From contig JBMNJG010000007.1 of NCBI GenBank assembly GCA_050951545.1, positions 1-64,000 on the forward strand: a stretch of 64,000 nt of DNA, in the 5' to 3' direction. The position numbers were made by a program, and so were the translations under genes. The notes beneath the pieces were generated by a model that did not search any database, was not told the origin of the DNA, and worked only from the letters and a program-made list of their open reading frames with translations. Source of the DNA: Limnochordia bacterium. GTDB taxonomy: Bacteria; Bacillota; Limnochordia; DTU080. Shown here one piece after another: positions 48,633 through 56,893 of the stretch. How positions within the stretch are numbered: position 1 is the first letter of the stretch; every line of letters starts with the position of its first letter.

Positions 48633-51600
48633 ATGCGTATGTGTCGAAAAAGCGTGTTTGTCAGCACCGCAGTACTGTGTGCTTGTGCCGTGCTGTTCGG
48701 GTCAGCAGCTACAGCTCCGATCCATGCGAAAAACGGAACGAACTTGCTGACGGCAGAGGAGATGGCGACAATCCGGACATCACAGGCCTGGTCTGGTGTA
48801 AACACCTCAGCGGTGATCACTCTTGCGGATCGCTGGATGAAGTATACGCCGCAGCAATTGCGAGACATGGTGCCACCCGCTAGCGTGCCTCGCGCCTTTG
48901 ACACGCACTTTCTTCAGTGCCCCCAACACAGCGAAGAGATCAAGGCCTTTGGTAGCTATCCGTGGATCATCGATCCGGATAGGCCCTACAAGCTCATCTG
49001 CCCGGTGGGCGGCGAAGCTTATCCGACCAATGACTTTGATCACCACCACCACGGTGGGCCGGATGATGTCTCGTCCGAGCCTTACGTCGACACGGGTTGG
49101 GGGTGGCGCGACCCAAACCATCCCCAAAAGTACTGGTTTGTCGCTTACTACGCGCACTGGCTGTATCACGCTCATCTACGTCCAGCAGCGGTGGCCTTGG
49201 GGCAAGCCTATGTGCTCACTGGTGATGTGCGCTATGCCACGCAAGGGGCGGCACTGCTAGATCGCATTGCCGAAGAGTATCCAGACATGGACCACGTCAA
49301 ACAGTCTCGCTATGGTACCGAGATCCAGGTGGGCACCTACCAGGGCCGCATTCTGAACTGCATTTGGGAGACGGGCATGGCGCGTGATCTCGCCGTGGCC
49401 TATGACTACGTGTATTCAGGTATGGACGGCAACCGGGCCTTGGAGGAGGCGACAGGCAAGAGCATCGCTCGAATTCGGCAGAACATCGAGGTTAACCTGT
49501 TGGAGAGTGCTGCCCAATCGATTTACACGATGGATGGGCGCATCCGGGGCAATTTCGGTATGCACCATAGCGCCCTGGCCACTCTGGCTATTGTCCTCGA
49601 CAATCACATGACCGATCGTTATCTTGACTTCGTGCTCTATGCCACGGGGTTGGGCTCTTATCCCTATGAGGGGATTATCATGGGGCTGTCCAACCTCGTC
49701 TATCGAGACGGGGCACCCTTCGAAAGCTCCCCTGGCTATAACTCACTGTGGATTGGTCAGTTCAATGCGGTAGCGGAGCTGTTCTTGCGTCGGGGGATCA
49801 ATGTGTACCAGCAAGAGCCTAAGCTGAAGCGGCTCTTTGATTACCCGCTGAAGATCGTGATGGCTGATCAGTTCACCCCAAATATCGGTGACGAAGGCAG
49901 CGTAAAGGCGAAGGGTATCACTGGCTGGCGGGCTTCTACCTACAAGACGGCTTTTGAGCAGTGGGATGAGCGGGCCTATGTAACTGGTAGGCCGTTGACG
50001 ACGGCCAGTGACAACATGAGCGCTTACGGCTTGGCCATGTTGCGCAGTGGCAGCGGTTCGAATGCCACGGGTTTGAGCCTATACTACGGTCCTGCTGGAG
50101 GCCATGGTCACTATGATCGGCTAAACATTGAGCTTTTCGCTAAAGGCGAGCGTCTGCTGCCTGATCTGGGCTATCCGGAGTACATGAGTGGATTCCACAA
50201 GAAGCTCTGTGGCTGGACAGGTCACACCATCAGCCACAACACAGTCTTGGTGAATGAACGGCGGCAGCTCAGCAAGAACGGCGGTCGCCTGCAGCTTTTC
50301 AGTGGCTCACCCAAAGTCCAGTATGTTGACGTGCGGGCAGAAGAGGCCTACCAGGGCATCGCCAGCCGGTACCAACGGTCTGTAGCCATGGTTAGTGCCA
50401 CCGCAAGCGATGTCTATGTCGTCGATGTCTTTCGCGTGCATGGCGGCCATCAGCACGACTTCTCCATCCATGGGCCTGATGGGGCGTTTTCTGTGCAAGA
50501 TCTGACCTTGACACCGCCGCGCCCGGAGGGCACATTGGCGGGTACTGACGTGCCCTTCGGCTATCTCTACGATGCTGCTCATTTGGAGCGACCGGGCTAC
50601 ACAGGTGGCTACGGAAGCTACCAGGGTAGCGGTTTTTCGTATCTGCGTTCTGTGCAAAAGGGACAGCCGGAAGGGGTATGGCACGCCGATTGGGCGCTTG
50701 AGGCTAGAAAGGGAGTTCGCCTGAGCTTCGTTCCGGAGGCGGGCACGGAAGTCTTTGTCGCCGATGGAGAGCCGCCACAGAATAAGGCAGGCAACCCGCC
50801 GACGCTCAAGTATGTGTTGGCCCGTAGGAAGACGGAGGCAGGGGACGCCCTGGGTAGCACTTTCGTCACAGTGCTGCAACCCCACGAGGGTGTGCCTTTT
50901 GTTGACGACATCCGGCGGCTAGAGGCGGCGGATGGCGGCGATCAAGGTGTGGTGGCGCTACAGATCTCGCATGCCCACGGCGAGGATCTCGTCTTGCAGA
51001 GCGTCGATGCGGCCAGTGCATTCCGTGGCACTGACGGCACGTGTTTCAGCGGCTTGCTCGGGGTACTCTCGCGAACCACTGGTGGGATAGTCAACCACGC
51101 TCAGCTACTAGGCGGCGGCGTGCTTCAGCACAACGACTTCCTTCTTGAATCGGCAAGATCCTATACAGGAAGCGTCGTGGCTGCGGACTACGGGGCAGGT
51201 ACCATCATCGTCAAACTCGATCCCGATGCCCCAGCCATGCCCCTGGCGAAGCTGCTAGACGGTCAGCGTATCGTAGTCTCCAACGAGAGGCACGCTTCGG
51301 AGTTTGTGGTCAGTCAGGTAGAGGCCCTCGACGGGCGGCGCTATAAGGTCACCTTTCAAGAGCCAGTGGATCTGACAGGCCAGGGAAAAGTGACTGGCAT
51401 TGCGCCACAGTCTGTCAGCACCAGCACTCCGCTACCCTTGGGTAACTACTACGTGGGTCAGCAGCTGGTCAACCCGACAACCGGGCAAGCCGTACGCATC
51501 GCGAGCATTTCCGGTGCCAACATACGGCTGGAATCTAGAGACAGTGATGTAAGGCCGGGCGAGATGTTTCACATCTACGACTTCGGAGCCGGAGATCGCT

Positions 51601-52487
51601 TCCAGATTGCCAGCTCAATTCATCTGCATAGCGTGGACGGCAGCGGTCTCTATCAGGTGAGTAGTAACACCACAGGCCGCGTGGCTCTTTGGGATGGGCA
51701 GGAGCATCGTCTCGAGCCTGGCGAATGCCAGATTCGGGTGCCAACGATCAGCGTGGAGGTGCTCTCGCCCCTCTATGACGACCAGATCGTGGGCACACTG
51801 AAACCCGAGATCAGGCTCGGGATACCCCGGGAGCTCTCCTTGGCACATGTCGAGGTTACCTTCGCCGGACAGACTGTCTACAGCGGTGCACAGATGCCTG
51901 CTTCTGAGGCATTGGCCTTTGACACAAGAGCTCTTGAGGACGGCCAGTATTTGCTCACTGTGGAAGTGACGGATTCGTTGGGGAAGATCACCGCTAAGAG
52001 GATGCCTCTGCGTGTGCAGAACTGGTGGACTCTCGTGGCAGATCTGTGGGAGCCTCTAGCGAGCGGTTGGTTTGGTGATTTCGACTTCAACGAGATCTAT
52101 GATCGCTCACCAGGTTGGGTGTTTGTCAAGGATGAAGCAGAGGCTTTTCATGACGACCCACATCGCATGACTCGCACAGGGCCCACTGACGAGTACCTGA
52201 TTTGGGAAAGTCCAGCTCTGCAGCGCTTTGAGCTCGTCTTTTTCGCTAAGCAGGTGCTGGCCCCTGAGGATGTGGAATGCGCGATCTCGACCGATGGGGT
52301 GCAGTGGCAGCCGATTCCCTACAGCCTACATGCGGGAGGGGTCTCCCAGTCGGGTTGGCGGCTCTTGGAGCTGTGCGGTGAACAGGCGCCGGACCCGGCC
52401 ACCGGGTTCTTCCGGGTGCAGCTGCGGGCTGGCGCACCCGCCGAATTGCAGCTGGGGCGAGTCAGTTTGAGAGGGCAGCAACCCTAG
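48633..52487 (+). CDS. Secreted heparinase II/III-like polysaccharide lyase with Ig-like and extra domains
   Basis: Signal peptide; FESSPGYN, GHGHYDRLN, PDLGYP, TISHNTVLVN. Confidence 0.78.
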   Translation: MRMCRKSVFVSTAVLCACAVLFGSAATAPIHAKNGTNLLTAEEMATIRTSQAWSGVNTSAVITLADRWMKYTPQQLRDMVPPASVPRAFDTHFLQCPQHSEEIKAFGSYPWIIDPDRPYKLICPVGGEAYPTNDFDHHHHGGPDDVSSEPYVDTGWGWRDPNHPQKYWFVAYYAHWLYHAHLRPAAVALGQAYVLTGDVRYATQGAALLDRIAEEYPDMDHVKQSRYGTEIQVGTYQGRILNCIWETGMARDLAVAYDYVYSGMDGNRALEEATGKSIARIRQNIEVNLLESAAQSIYTMDGRIRGNFGMHHSALATLAIVLDNHMTDRYLDFVLYATGLGSYPYEGIIMGLSNLVYRDGAPFESSPGYNSLWIGQFNAVAELFLRRGINVYQQEPKLKRLFDYPLKIVMADQFTPNIGDEGSVKAKGITGWRASTYKTAFEQWDERAYVTGRPLTTASDNMSAYGLAMLRSGSGSNATGLSLYYGPAGGHGHYDRLNIELFAKGERLLPDLGYPEYMSGFHKKLCGWTGHTISHNTVLVNERRQLSKNGGRLQLFSGSPKVQYVDVRAEEAYQGIASRYQRSVAMVSATASDVYVVDVFRVHGGHQHDFSIHGPDGAFSVQDLTLTPPRPEGTLAGTDVPFGYLYDAAHLERPGYTGGYGSYQGSGFSYLRSVQKGQPEGVWHADWALEARKGVRLSFVPEAGTEVFVADGEPPQNKAGNPPTLKYVLARRKTEAGDALGSTFVTVLQPHEGVPFVDDIRRLEAADGGDQGVVALQISHAHGEDLVLQSVDAASAFRGTDGTCFSGLLGVLSRTTGGIVNHAQLLGGGVLQHNDFLLESARSYTGSVVAADYGAGTIIVKLDPDAPAMPLAKLLDGQRIVVSNERHASEFVVSQVEALDGRRYKVTFQEPVDLTGQGKVTGIAPQSVSTSTPLPLGNYYVGQQLVNPTTGQAVRIASISGANIRLESRDSDVRPGEMFHIYDFGAGDRFQIASSIHLHSVDGSGLYQVSSNTTGRVALWDGQEHRLEPGECQIRVPTISVEVLSPLYDDQIVGTLKPEIRLGIPRELSLAHVEVTFAGQTVYSGAQMPASEALAFDTRALEDGQYLLTVEVTDSLGKITAKRMPLRVQNWWTLVADLWEPLASGWFGDFDFNEIYDRSPGWVFVKDEAEAFHDDPHRMTRTGPTDEYLIWESPALQRFELVFFAKQVLAPEDVECAISTDGVQWQPIPYSLHAGGVSQSGWRLLELCGEQAPDPATGFFRVQLRAGAPAELQLGRVSLRGQQP

Positions 52488-52513
52488 AGAGCTGAACCAG
52501 AAGGGGTGTTACA

Positions 52514-54460
52514 ATGCACATCAAAGACTACCTGAACGATATAGCTGAGCAGATCACAGCTGGGGCGCCAGCGCAGTTGCCGCCGCCCGAGATGTGGGAG
52601 GCGTGGAGACGCCAGCGCCAACAGCAGTACCTGAAGATGATGGGGTTAGATCGTCATCTGGCAGTGCCGCGGTCGCCGCTTAATGTGCAGGTTACGCAGA
52701 CTCATCAGCGTGAGGGCTATCGTATCGAGTGTCTGAGCTATGAGAGCTTACCTGGGCTCATGGTGGCCGCCAACTGCTATATCCCTGATGGCGCTGTCAA
52801 TGCACCAGCCATTCTCTATGTGTGTGGCCACTCACTCTTGCAGAAGGCCTCTCACTACCAAGAGCATGCGCGGCGTTATGCGCAGCTGGGCTTTGTCACG
52901 CTTATCGTGGACACCATCGAGTTGGGAGAGGTGCGGGGTTACCACCACGGCACCTATAGCTATGGTGCTTTCCAGTGGGTCAGCCGTGGCTACACGCCGG
53001 CGGCGGTGGAAGTCTGGAATGGCATTCGCGGTATTGATCTGTTAAGCGCCCGTCCGGAGGTCGATGCGTCACGCATTGGCGTGACGGGGACATCTGGCGG
53101 GGGGGCCATCACCTGGTGGCTGTCCTGCGCTGACGACCGGGTGAAGGCCGCCTCTTCGTCGTGCGGTACGAGTACCATTGCCGCCCATGTCCGTGAGCGG
53201 ACGATCGATGGTCACTGCGACTGCATGTTTCCCATGAATCCCCAGGGGTGGTCACTCGTCGATTTCGCTGCCCTGGTGGCCCCGCGACCGATGCTTATTG
53301 TCTCGGCAGACCGTGACGGTATCTTCACTATCGATTCCATCAACGATTTCCGCGATCGCTTGGCCAAGGTATATGAGCATCTTGGGGCGCCGGAGAGTCT
53401 CGATCTGTTCACATTCCGGGCTCATCACTCTTACCAGCCGATGTCTCGCAAGGTCACCTTCCAGTGGTTCTTGCGCCATCTGGCAGGCAAGCAGCTAGCC
53501 ATTGAGGAGATCGCTGACATCGACGGGCATGTGGAAGAGGCCAGCACCTTGGCTGTGTTCGGTGGTCGGCTGCCAGCAAAAGACCGAGCATCGACCGTGC
53601 AGGATTGGTTTGTGCCGGTAGCCACCCCACCCCAGATCAACGATACCGTAGTCCTAAAGAAGGAACGCGAGCGAGTGATCGCCGCTCTGAAAGAGGAGAC
53701 CTTCGCTACTTTCCCTGATCCTTTGCCAGATCCCAAGCCGCAGGTGACCATGGAGGATTTCACTGGCGGAGGATACAAGAATGTCCACTTGCGTTACACG
53801 CCGGAAGCCAACTGGAGCTTGGCTGCTTCTTTGCACATTCCCCTGGGCGGAGAAGAGCAAGCACCAGTTGTCGTCGATCTGGCAGATGCGGACGATGTGC
53901 GCCTACAGCCGGGGCGTCGTGTCTCAGCCATTTGCCCCAGCGCTTGGTGGCGCGCCTCGCTCTCGCCGCGGGGAACAGGTGATACAGGATGGAGCCGCTC
54001 GCTTCACTGGCATTTGCGGCGTTCGGCGGCCCTGACCGGTAGAACACTGGCCTCGTTGCGCGTGCTTGATGTGCTACAGGGCTTGAGGGCCCTGAGGCAG
54101 CAGCCCGGTGTAGACCCGAAGAGGTTCTATCTGGCGGCTCGCGGTGAGATGGCAGCAGTAGCTTTGTATGCAGCTTTGCTTGATGGGCAAGTGGCCGGGG
54201 TGATCTTGAGCGATCCACCTGCTACACAGAACGCACCGGACAGCGAAGTCGGTGTGGGTCCGTTAGTGGAGATGCTGGATTGCTTGCGGATCACGGATTT
54301 GCCTCAGGTGGCGGGGCTGTTGTGGCCTGCGGCGTTGGTCTTTTTGGGCCCACGGCCGCAGAGTTACATGTGGGCGGAGGATCTGTACAACCGTCTGGGA
54401 GCGCCGGGAGGCTGTTGGAATGTGTCGCCGCGCAATGCGGCGTGGCGTCCCGAGCAGTAG
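52514..54460 (+). CDS. Two-domain alpha/beta hydrolase (acetylxylan esterase-like)
   Basis: YESLPG, YVCGH, RIGVTGTSGGG, GHCDC; the second domain lacks a canonical GxSxG. Confidence 0.8.
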   Translation: MHIKDYLNDIAEQITAGAPAQLPPPEMWEAWRRQRQQQYLKMMGLDRHLAVPRSPLNVQVTQTHQREGYRIECLSYESLPGLMVAANCYIPDGAVNAPAILYVCGHSLLQKASHYQEHARRYAQLGFVTLIVDTIELGEVRGYHHGTYSYGAFQWVSRGYTPAAVEVWNGIRGIDLLSARPEVDASRIGVTGTSGGGAITWWLSCADDRVKAASSSCGTSTIAAHVRERTIDGHCDCMFPMNPQGWSLVDFAALVAPRPMLIVSADRDGIFTIDSINDFRDRLAKVYEHLGAPESLDLFTFRAHHSYQPMSRKVTFQWFLRHLAGKQLAIEEIADIDGHVEEASTLAVFGGRLPAKDRASTVQDWFVPVATPPQINDTVVLKKERERVIAALKEETFATFPDPLPDPKPQVTMEDFTGGGYKNVHLRYTPEANWSLAASLHIPLGGEEQAPVVVDLADADDVRLQPGRRVSAICPSAWWRASLSPRGTGDTGWSRSLHWHLRRSAALTGRTLASLRVLDVLQGLRALRQQPGVDPKRFYLAARGEMAAVALYAALLDGQVAGVILSDPPATQNAPDSEVGVGPLVEMLDCLRITDLPQVAGLLWPAALVFLGPRPQSYMWAEDLYNRLGAPGGCWNVSPRNAAWRPEQ

Positions 54461-54553
54461 CGGCTGGCTGGTGGGGCTGGTGACGCAGGGACCTCTCGGC
54501 ACGACTTCCGTACCGGGGGGGATGATTCTACGGAAAGTGTTGCTAAGCAAGCC

Positions 54554-54613
54554 TTACGTCACCAGCGTAACCAGAACAGGCTGCACCACCTCCCTAGGAA
54601 TCTCGATTTCCAC
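54554..54613 (-). CDS. Candidate 19-aa small ORF MEIEIPREVVQPVLVTLVT downstream of the riboswitch
   Basis: GTG start close to GGAGG; the only plausible ORF in the riboswitch output region. Confidence 0.3.
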   Translation of the reverse strand: MEIEIPREVVQPVLVTLVT

Positions 54614-54631
54614 AGCCTCCACCAGTGGATG

Positions 54632-54652
54632 AAAAAGACCCTGTGAAGGGTC
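54632..54652 (-). terminator. Intrinsic terminator (riboswitch expression platform)
   Basis: Minus strand GACCC-TTCACA-GGGTC-TTTTT. Confidence 0.7.
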
Positions 54653-54673
54653 CCCGTGCGCACTGTTGTCGCA

Positions 54674-54759
54674 TTCCCTTCGGTAACCCGGCTGTCTGAA
54701 GAGTCCAGACCCGTGGCTTTGCGTCTCTGCCTCACGACGGAGTTGCCCGTATCGGGGAA
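54674..54759 (-). ncRNA. c-di-GMP-I (GEMM) riboswitch
   Basis: Minus strand TTCCCCGATACGGGCAACTCCGTC-GTGA-GGCAGAGACGCAAAGCCACGGGTCTG..CAGACAGCCGGGTTACCGAAGGGAA matches the GEMM-I consensus (GGCAA, GNRA loop, GACGCAAAGCC, GTTACCGA); G at the G20-equivalent position. Confidence 0.9.
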
Positions 54760-54930
54760 GCTGCAGTTAGGACTACCATGTTGATTGTAGCAGGACCCTT
54801 GGCCTTTGTGGGTGTCTCCTGAGGATGTGGGACCAAAATGAGACCATCTAGGGCAAAAGGTCTATGGCTCAGGGTAGAGATAGCACATGCCCGCACAACA
54901 CAACCCGATTTCGGGAAGGAGCGATTGGCA

Positions 54931-56157
54931 ATGGCTGCCCCCAAACGCGATGTGAACTACGACGAAAACAAGGTGCCCGTCTTTAGTCTGCCCGATCCTC
55001 TGACACTAGGGGATGGTGAGCCAGTGACGGATGCTCAGACCTGGTTTCGCCGTCGCCGGCCCGAGGTGCTGGAACTATTCAAGACTCAGGTATATGGCAA
55101 GGTACCTGGACCTCCCAAGCAGCTGTTCTATGAAGTATTTGAACAGGATTCCAGTGCTCTGGAAGGCCAGGCCGTGCGCAAACAGGTCTGGATCAGCTTC
55201 ACTGGCCAAAAGGAAGGTCCGGGCATGGAGATGCTTATCTATCTGCCAAAGGAAGCTAAGCAGCCAGTCCCGCTGTTTTTGGGGCTAAACTTTCACGGCA
55301 ACCATACGGTGCATCCAGATCCCAAGATCAAGCTTCCCGATAGCTGGGTGCGACCCAGTGAGGGAGCTGTCGATAACCGGGCTACGGAAAGTGGGCGGGG
55401 CCTGTCGGCTAGCCGCTGGGCCGTGGAGCTGATTCTCTCCCGCGGCTACGGCTTGGCCACGGTCTACTATGGAGACATCGACCCAGACTACCATGACGGC
55501 TTTCAAAACGGAGTGCACCCTCTTTTCTACAGAGAAGGGCAAACGGAGCCCGCTCCCGATGAGTGGGGGTCTATCGGGGCCTGGGCCTGGGGTCTCAGTC
55601 GCGCCTTGGACTACTGTGAGCAGGACCCGCAGATTGATGCGGAGCGGGTCAGCGTCATGGGGCACTCTCGGCTGGGCAAGACCGCCCTGTGGGCGGGAGC
55701 GCTCGATGGCCGGTTTGCCTTGGTGATCTCCAATAACTCAGGTTGTGGCGGGGCTTCGCTCAGCCGCAGACGCTTTGGCGAGACAGTGGAGATCATCAAC
55801 AACGCCTTCCCTCATTGGTTCTGCAGGAACTTTTGGCAGTACAACGGCCGCGAAAACGCGCTGCCAGTGGATCAGCATATGCTCATCGCTCTGATCGCTC
55901 CCCGGCCCGTCTATGTGGCCAGTGCGGAAGAGGACCGCTGGGCTGACCCCCGGGGCGAGTTTCTGGCGGCGAAGGGAGCAGATGCCACCTACCGCCTGCT
56001 GGGCACCGATGGCTTGGCAGCCACTGAGATGCCAGCACTCAGTGAACCGGTGCACAGCACAATTGGCTATCACATCCGTCCTGGTCGACACGATGTGACG
56101 GAATACGACTGGCAGCAGTACCTGGATTTTGCAGACCGGCACTTGCGCTCCGAGTGA
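54931..56157 (+). CDS. Glucuronoyl esterase (CE15)
   Basis: [51 protein letters not shown](D)VT. Confidence 0.9.
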   Translation: MAAPKRDVNYDENKVPVFSLPDPLTLGDGEPVTDAQTWFRRRRPEVLELFKTQVYGKVPGPPKQLFYEVFEQDSSALEGQAVRKQVWISFTGQKEGPGMEMLIYLPKEAKQPVPLFLGLNFHGNHTVHPDPKIKLPDSWVRPSEGAVDNRATESGRGLSASRWAVELILSRGYGLATVYYGDIDPDYHDGFQNGVHPLFYREGQTEPAPDEWGSIGAWAWGLSRALDYCEQDPQIDAERVSVMGHSRLGKTALWAGALDGRFALVISNNSGCGGASLSRRRFGETVEIINNAFPHWFCRNFWQYNGRENALPVDQHMLIALIAPRPVYVASAEEDRWADPRGEFLAAKGADATYRLLGTDGLAATEMPALSEPVHSTIGYHIRPGRHDVTEYDWQQYLDFADRHLRSE

Positions 56158-56203
56158 CGCCGGGACAACGCGCAGACAGCCGGAGTAGGGGGTAACCCCT
56201 ATG

Positions 56204-56232
56204 TTGTTATTTTCCACATATGGTATTATAAG
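56204..56232 (+). promoter_or_regulatory. Probable sigma-A promoter of the pilin/T4P operon
   Basis: TTGTTA-N17-TATAAG. Confidence 0.5.
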
Positions 56233-56389
56233 GGTAGATTCCAGGTCCTAGGGCTTAGGTCCCAGTTTTGGCAAGGTCAGGGACGATCCTCAGACCAGCA
56301 CAGTGGGACAAGCTTCAGCAAGTGCTATCGTTAGCTCGCACGATGATCAGAGAACAACAGTAAGACCGCGAAACGGGGGTCGGAAACAC

Positions 56390-56851
56390 ATGAATAAATG
56401 GTTGGCAAAGGATGAGCAAGGCTTCACGTTAGTAGAACTGATGATGGTCATCGTCATCCTGGCGATTCTCACTGGCGTGGCGGTGCCGATGGTCAGCAGG
56501 ATGCAGAAGAATGCGTGGAAGGCGAAGCTAACCAGCTTGGCCGATTCGTTGGGGTCGGCGATTGTCGTTGACGCGATGATGGCTATGGATGATGCGGTGA
56601 CTGGGGCGTACTATGCTGGCTGAAGATCGATGAGGCGAGAGGGCTTGTCTCGCTGCCAAAGGATGTTGACGTAGCGACGGACGCTGCTGGTACGGGCGCT
56701 GCGAATGACGGATGCCAAGGCGTACCTGGTTGTCGCCGGAGCGACGAGGATGCGAAGGCGGTGACCATAACGGGCTATCGGAAAGGCAAGAGCTACGGAC
56801 CAACTCTTGCCCGACGGAGGAATGGTGTTCTCCTGGGCCGAGGCCAGCTGA
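56390..56851 (+). pseudogene. pilA: Type IV major pilin, frameshifted in the C-terminal half
   Basis: Class III signal EQG|FTLVELMMVIVILAIL; premature TGA at 56621-56623; protein-like text continues in alternating frames to an in-frame TGA at 56849-56851. Confidence 0.75.
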
Positions 56852-56893
56852 GTAACACCCCCTAACCACACCATAGCTAGCAGGTGAACACAT

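Noticed and set aside
54579-54595. 16S rRNA gene fragment
   Set aside because: Only about 15 nt match the 16S tail and the flanks show no rRNA similarity
54674-54759. c-AMP-GMP (GEMM-Ib) specificity
   Set aside because: The G20-equivalent nucleotide is G (GGCAA), which predicts c-di-GMP
56265-56389. Riboswitch in the pilin 5' leader
   Set aside because: No match to c-di-GMP-I or -II consensus and no terminator seen
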